A stretch of 64,000 nt of DNA from an uncultured Gemmatimonadales bacterium. Its GTDB lineage: Bacteria > Gemmatimonadota > Gemmatimonadetes > Longimicrobiales > RSA9. The position numbers and the translations under genes are program-made. Each line of letters starts with the position of its first letter. Positions within the stretch are counted from its first letter, which is position 1. The DNA lies in contig CAWCUS010000002.1 of assembly GCA_963798845.1 (NCBI GenBank), positions 736,001-800,000 on the forward strand. The letters run 5' to 3'. Below the pieces are notes generated by a model, which was not told where the DNA came from, did not search any database, and saw nothing but the letters and a program-made list of their open reading frames with translations. Shown here in pieces: positions 57,634-64,000 of the stretch.

Positions 57634-58368
57634 ATGGCCACCCGCCTGCTGACGAAGGGACGCAAGGCCGTGCGCGTCCTGGTCACTGCGCCGTGGCGGC
57701 GCGCCCTCCTGCGCCACCGCGTGGCCGCGGCCGTCGAGCACTTCCCGATCCTCCGACGGCTGGGGGAGCTGCGGACGGTGGTGGACATCGGCGCGAACCG
57801 GGGCCAGTTCGCACTCGTGGCGCGGCGCGTGTGGCCGGATGCGCGGATCGTGTCGTTCGAGCCGCTGTCCGGCGCCGCTTCCGTGTTCAGGGTCGTGTTC
57901 CGCGGCGACGCGCGGACGCGCATCGAGGACGCGGCGATCGCGCCACGGTCGGGCGCGGGCACCCTCCACGTCTCACGCCGCGACGACTCCTCGTCGCTCC
58001 TCCCGATCGGGCGCGCTCAGCGCGAGTTGTTCCCGGGCACCGACGAGATCCGCACCGTGGGCGTGCGCGTGGCTCCCCTCGGCGAGTACCTGGATGCCGC
58101 CATGGAGACGCCCGCCCTCCTCAAGCTCGACGTGCAGGGCTACGAGCTGGAGGCGCTGCGGGGGTGCGAGGACCTGCTGGACCGCTTCCAGTGGGTGTAC
58201 GTGGAGTGCTCGTACGTGGAGCTGTACGAGGGGCAGGCGCTGGCCGGAGAGGTGGAGGAGTGGCTCGTCGCCCGCGGCTACGTCCCGCGGGGCATCCACA
58301 ACCCGATCCGGGATCGGAGCGGCCGCCTCATCCAGGCGGACTTCCTGTTCGACAGGACGGAAGGCTGA
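57634..58368 (+). CDS. FkbM family methyltransferase
   Basis: VDIGANRGQF, SFEP, SSSLL, LLKLDVQGYELEALRG, LYEGQAL. Confidence 0.92.
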   Translation: MATRLLTKGRKAVRVLVTAPWRRALLRHRVAAAVEHFPILRRLGELRTVVDIGANRGQFALVARRVWPDARIVSFEPLSGAASVFRVVFRGDARTRIEDAAIAPRSGAGTLHVSRRDDSSSLLPIGRAQRELFPGTDEIRTVGVRVAPLGEYLDAAMETPALLKLDVQGYELEALRGCEDLLDRFQWVYVECSYVELYEGQALAGEVEEWLVARGYVPRGIHNPIRDRSGRLIQADFLFDRTEG

Positions 58369-58437
58369 CGGCGGCGGATCGGCGAGCCACCGTCCGGGCG
58401 CGCGCGAGGGCGGGCGCGAGGGCGACATCGCCCGGCG

Positions 58438-60871
58438 TCACACCCGGACCTTCTCGCCTTCCTCCTCCTGCCCGCCGTAGTAGTGCTGGTAGGCGTAGCC
58501 GTAGGAGCCGTACCCGCCGTAGTACTTGGCGTCGCGCCGGTAGTCGACGTCGTTGAGCACGGAGCCGAGCAGCGTCGCGCGCACGTTCCGGATCTGCTCG
58601 CTGGCGAAGCTGAGCGCCTGCTTCGGCGTGACGGAGGCGCGGGCGACGAGGACCACGCCATCGGTGTTGGTGCCCAGGACCGCGGCGTCGGTGACGAGGT
58701 TGAGGGGCGGCGAATCGAGGATGACGGCGTCGTAGCGCTCCGTGAGCGCAGCCAGGAGCGTGCGCATGTTCGTCGATCCCAGCAGCTCGGCGGGGTTCGG
58801 AGGGATGGTCCCGGAGCTCAGCAGGTCGATGGCGCCGCTGTCTCCGAGGTCCACGGTCCGGGCCGCTTGCTCCGCGGACACCGCCCCGAGCAGGACGTTT
58901 GAAAGGCCGGGCTCCCGCGGCAGGCCGAACACGGCGCTGAGCACGCCGCGTCGCAGGTCCGCGTCGACGAGAAGCACGCTGCGGCCCTGCTGCGCCAGCG
59001 TGATGGCGAAGTTGGCCGCGCTCGTCGACTTGCCTTCGCCCGGCGTCGGGCTGCTGAACACCAGCGTCCGGGGCGCGTGGTCCGGCCGCAGGAACGTGAT
59101 GTTCGTGCGCAGCGACCGGTACGCCTCCGAGACGGGGTTGCTGGGATCGTGTCCGGTGACGAGCCGCTGCTCCAGCCCCGTCGCCGCGACACCGGGCGTG
59201 CGCGTCCGGCCCCCGTTGCGGCGCATCCGGCTGTGCACGCCGTCCCAGCGGATGGTGGGGATGATCCCGAGAACGGGCGCGCCCGTGGCCTCCGCGACGT
59301 CCTCGCGCGTATGCACCGTGGTGTCGGAGTACTCCCGGATGAAGGCGACTCCGACGCCGACGATCCCACCGAGAACGAGCGCCAGCGCCACGTTCAGCAT
59401 CCCGCGCGGCTTGATGGGCTCCTGCGGCCGGATGGCCGGATCCACCACCCGGACGCTCGGGTCCTCCACGGCCTCGGCGATCTCCGCCTCCTTCAGCCGC
59501 GTCTGGAGGAGCGTGTAGATCTGCTCGAGCACCGACGTCTGCCGCTTGAGACGCGCGAACTGGACCTCCTTGGCCGGGATCTGCTCGAGCTGGGTTCCGA
59601 AACGGGCGAGCGTGGCGTCCAGCGACCGCACCTGGTTGGTCACACCCTCGAGGTACGTGGACGCGATCGCCCGGAGCTGGACTTCCAGGTCATGGATCCG
59701 CCCCGTCAGCGTGAGCACGTCCGGGTGCTTCGTGTTGAAGCGCTTCGTCAGCTCGGCGCGCGCGTTCTCGGCCTCGTTGAGTGACCGCAGCAGCTCGGTC
59801 GTCGCCTGGTTGCGCAGCAGCGACGGGAACGCGATCAGACGCCGGTAGGGCGCGGGGTCTTCCGGGTTCGCCGCCGTCGCCGTGCGGATCTCGTCCATGA
59901 GGGTCTGGAGGGCCGCGCGCTCGGCATTCGAGCTCGTCCCGCTGGCCCTGCATCTCGGCCAGGCGCTGGACCTGCGCGCTGGCCTCGTCTTCCAGCGACA
60001 CCACCTGCTGCCGCTCGCGGAAATCGCGGAGTGCATCCTCCGCGCCCGCGAGCTGGACCGAGAGCTGGCCGATCTGGTCGCGCAGGAACGCCACGGTGCT
60101 GCGCGTCTCGGTCTTCTGGACCTGGTTGCGGCGCGCGATGAACGTGCGGGCGAGGGCGTTGGGGACGTCGCGGGCGAGCCCGCGGTCGGAGCTCTGATAG
60201 TGGACTTCAACCACGTTCGCGTCCTGGTTCGGCCGCGTCACGGTGAGCGCGTCTCGCAGCCCGGCGACCGTGGCCTCGAACGACCGGACGGCGAAGCGGA
60301 CCTCGTCCTCGTCCGCGGCTCCGGGGGCGAGCACCACCTCCGCCGCATCCAGCGGAATCCGCTCGCCGACGGCGTACGTGCCCACGTCCTCGCCGGTGGT
60401 GGTGTTCCGGACGACGAAGCGGCCGTCATCCCTCTTCCGGGCCTCGTACTCCGCGTCCTCCTCGGTCTTCAGCGGCGCGCGTGTGGCGCTCACCATGCTC
60501 AGGACCCGCTCGCGCGGCGTACGCATGGGCGCTTGCAGGACCACGCGCAGGCCGAGGGAGTCCGCCACATCCTCGGCCACGACGCGGCTGCGGAGCACCT
60601 CCATCTCCGTTTCGACCTGGCTCCCGCGGGCGATGGAGCTGAGGATGTCGAGCATGGCCACCTGGGACTGCTCCTCCTCGTCGATCCGGATCGAAGTGGA
60701 AGCCTCGTAGATGGGCGTGGCGAGGAGCGTGTACGCCACGCCAAGAACGCCCGCGAGCGCGATGCACCCTGCGATGATCCAGCGATTGCGGCGCAGGATG
60801 TTCCAGATCTCGCGCAGCTCGATCTCGTCGTCGGGCCGGCCGTTGCCGGGAGCCGTGGGTCGGGAGTCCAT
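58438..60871 (-). CDS. wzc: Wzc polysaccharide co-polymerase / tyrosine autokinase, with a +1 frameshift at ~59927
   Basis: N-terminal DEIELREIW..TPIYEA; in the second frame VRVVDPA, SEAYRSLRTN, Walker A GEGKST, DADLRR, PPNPAELL, DSPP and a Tyr-rich tail (YYGGYGSYGYAYQHYY). Confidence 0.92.
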
Positions 60872-60873
60872 GG

Positions 60874-61548
60874 TCAGTGCGAGATGATGAGCGCGATCAC
60901 CAGGCTGACGCTGCCGGTGATGGCGGCGGCCACGATGTTCGAGTTGCGGGCGAGCCAGCTGCGCTCCGGCACGTAGAACTGGTCGCCGGAGCGGACGGGG
61001 AGCTCGGCGATCCGGGTGCGGCGGCTCAGCGTCGCCGTCAGGACCTCGCCGTCCCGCAGCAGCTGCACCCTGTCCGGGTTGCCCGCGGGCGTGGCGCCGC
61101 CGGCCATCGCGATGGCGTCCGCCACGGTCATGGTCGGGTCCACGCGGTACAGCCCCGGCCGCGCGACCGAGCCGAGCACGTTCACGCGCCGGAGCAGTGT
61201 GACGTCGACGGCCGGATCCCGGAGGTACTCGCCGTAGCCGGACACCAGCTGCTCCTTGAGCGCCGCCGGCGACAACTCCGTCACCCGCATCGCGCCCAGG
61301 AGCGGGAACACCGCCGTCCCCGTCTCATCCACCTGGTACTCCCCCGACAGGTCGGGCTCGCGCCAGATCCTGAGCTGCACCACGTCGCCCGGCCGCAGCA
61401 GCTGGTCGGCCGCCGTGGTGTCCATGGCCGGCGAGGCAGACGACGCTCCGGGCTCGGCGCTGTCCGGTGTCGCCTGTGCGGACGCGCGCGGAGGCGCCCA
61501 CACGAGCGGGAGGAGGACGGTGACGAGCAGCGGGAGCCGAAAGTTCAT
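60874..61548 (-). CDS. wza: Polysaccharide export protein (Wza/OPX; Poly_export plus SLBB domains)
   Basis: LRPGDVVQLRIWREPDLSG..VDETG...PLLG, LRDPAV, VLGSVARPG.Y, AIAMAGG, SGDQFYVP. Confidence 0.88.
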   Translation of the reverse strand: MNFRLPLLVTVLLPLVWAPPRASAQATPDSAEPGASSASPAMDTTAADQLLRPGDVVQLRIWREPDLSGEYQVDETGTAVFPLLGAMRVTELSPAALKEQLVSGYGEYLRDPAVDVTLLRRVNVLGSVARPGLYRVDPTMTVADAIAMAGGATPAGNPDRVQLLRDGEVLTATLSRRTRIAELPVRSGDQFYVPERSWLARNSNIVAAAITGSVSLVIALIISH

Positions 61549-61635
61549 CTGCCAGCTGGTGTGTACAGCGGTGACGCCGCGCGATTGCCCGGTCCTGGTG
61601 CGGGGCGCTGGATCGGCCCCGGGGGCCGAGCGGAA

Positions 61636-61664
61636 ACAATAGCGCGGAGTGGGGGAGGGTACAA
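61636..61664 (-). promoter_or_regulatory. Putative sigma70 promoter for wza-wzc
   Basis: Minus strand TTGTAC-N17-TATTGT, ~88 nt upstream of the wza ATG. Confidence 0.55.
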
Positions 61665-61763
61665 CCCGCGGTCGAGGAAGATGCGAACGGCGGGAAGCGA
61701 CGGACGGGAACGCGGATACGCGGACTCGCCACGAAAGCACGGGGGGCGCCCGGCCGGGGTCGG

Positions 61764-62366
61764 CTACTGAATCGCGGGGTCGGGGTCGCTGCCGAACCAG
61801 GCGACGGCGTAGTGCGGGGACACGGCCACGCCGAGGGCGCGCCAGGGGGCGACCCACCTCCCTTCGTTCAGGATCACGGCCCTGTGCTCGGCGCTCTGCT
61901 TCCACATGGCGAATGCCTGCCCGGTCGACATGGCCGGGGTCTCCCACGCGGCGATCTCGTAGCCCTCGCCCTGGTAGACGCCTCCGGTGATCTCGGCCGG
62001 CTTGCTCCACATGATCGGAGCGTGACTGCCGTCCTCCGTGTAGCAGCACGGCGTCCAGCTCCCCCGGTCCGACCAGCTGTGGAGGTTGCACTCGCCGCGG
62101 TCCGGCCGGTTCTCCTCCAGGTCCCTGACGTGGGCCTCCGCCACCGCCGTGAGCGAAGGGGAGACCGGAATCCCGGGCAGCCCGAGGCTGGCGCGGTAGT
62201 CGTTGATCAGCCGGGCGAGGGAGGTGGTGTCGGCCGGGAGCGGCGCTGCGCGTTCGGCCAGCAGGTCGACCGCGCAGCCGCCCGCAGGCAGGGACAGCAG
62301 CCCCGTCAGCAGCAGCACCGCGCTGGCGCGGAAGGGGGCGCGCCCCGGCCTTCGGCTTCGCTGCAC
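61764..62366 (-). CDS. CAP/SCP-domain lipoprotein
   Basis: Lipobox AGGC; LINDYRASLGL, SLTAVAEAH, W..S..HRAVILN, ALGVAV...AVAWFG. Confidence 0.8.
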   Translation of the reverse strand: MQRSRRPGRAPFRASAVLLLTGLLSLPAGGCAVDLLAERAAPLPADTTSLARLINDYRASLGLPGIPVSPSLTAVAEAHVRDLEENRPDRGECNLHSWSDRGSWTPCCYTEDGSHAPIMWSKPAEITGGVYQGEGYEIAAWETPAMSTGQAFAMWKQSAEHRAVILNEGRWVAPWRALGVAVSPHYAVAWFGSDPDPAIQ

Positions 62367-62605
62367 GTCACCTTGCCTTCTCGTCGGGCGGGGGAAAAAA
62401 CGTTAACGGGCGGTATGATTGCGCATTCCGGCGGATGATGCCAGAGGGAGGCCGGCCCGGCGGCGTGGTCCGGGGGCGGGCGGTGGCCGGGGTGGCGCGG
62501 GGCGGGGGCGCCGGCGTACGCTTACAGGTTCGGATCGATCCCGGCAGGACCGGGTAGCAGAAGGACTGTGACACTAAGGGCATCGCACGCGCGAGGGCGA
62601 ACAAA

Positions 62606-64000
<1,395 letters not shown>

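Overview
A very GC-rich bacterial window (roughly 70%+ by eye, not computed). The gene repertoire suggests Gemmatimonadota, but this is inference only. Almost all of it is a surface-polysaccharide super-locus ending at secA. Module A (1-6462) has a DegT tail, a Wzy/ligase, a Wzx and glycosyltransferases (GTs). A minus-strand wzi-like/RCC1-lipoprotein pair follows. Module B (9653-28169) has a PglK/HepA-type ABC exporter, three sulfotransferase-fold genes, FkbM, GT61, many GT2/GT4, a Wzy/ligase, a Wzz and a PglC/PglD/PglE-like cassette. A nucleotide-sugar and envelope block follows (28185-41891): a Tat-exported beta-helix protein, uxs, a GlcA epimerase, degT, ugd, two TPR genes, lhgO, bamD and rmlDBAC. 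Next is an uncharacterised FN3/Ig-like lipoprotein headed by a cyclic-di-GMP-I (GEMM) riboswitch (42924-43010, minus strand) with a visible translational expression platform. Module C (43479-58368) has a second wzi, a WcaJ-type priming transferase, GDP-mannose 3,5-epimerase, a flippase, a sulfotransferase, a putative Wzy, GT9, AsnB, GT92-like, GT4 and FkbM, and sits behind a sigma70-like promoter and a ~180-nt structured leader. The window ends with wza-wzc, a CAP lipoprotein and the 5' part of secA. The best leads are the riboswitch-lipoprotein unit, the unclassified leader RNA, and the capacity for sulfated and methylated glycans (possibly containing L-galactose). Six +1 frameshifts, three of them in essential secA, are most likely sequencing or assembly errors. 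No rRNA, tRNA, CRISPR array or mobile element was seen.
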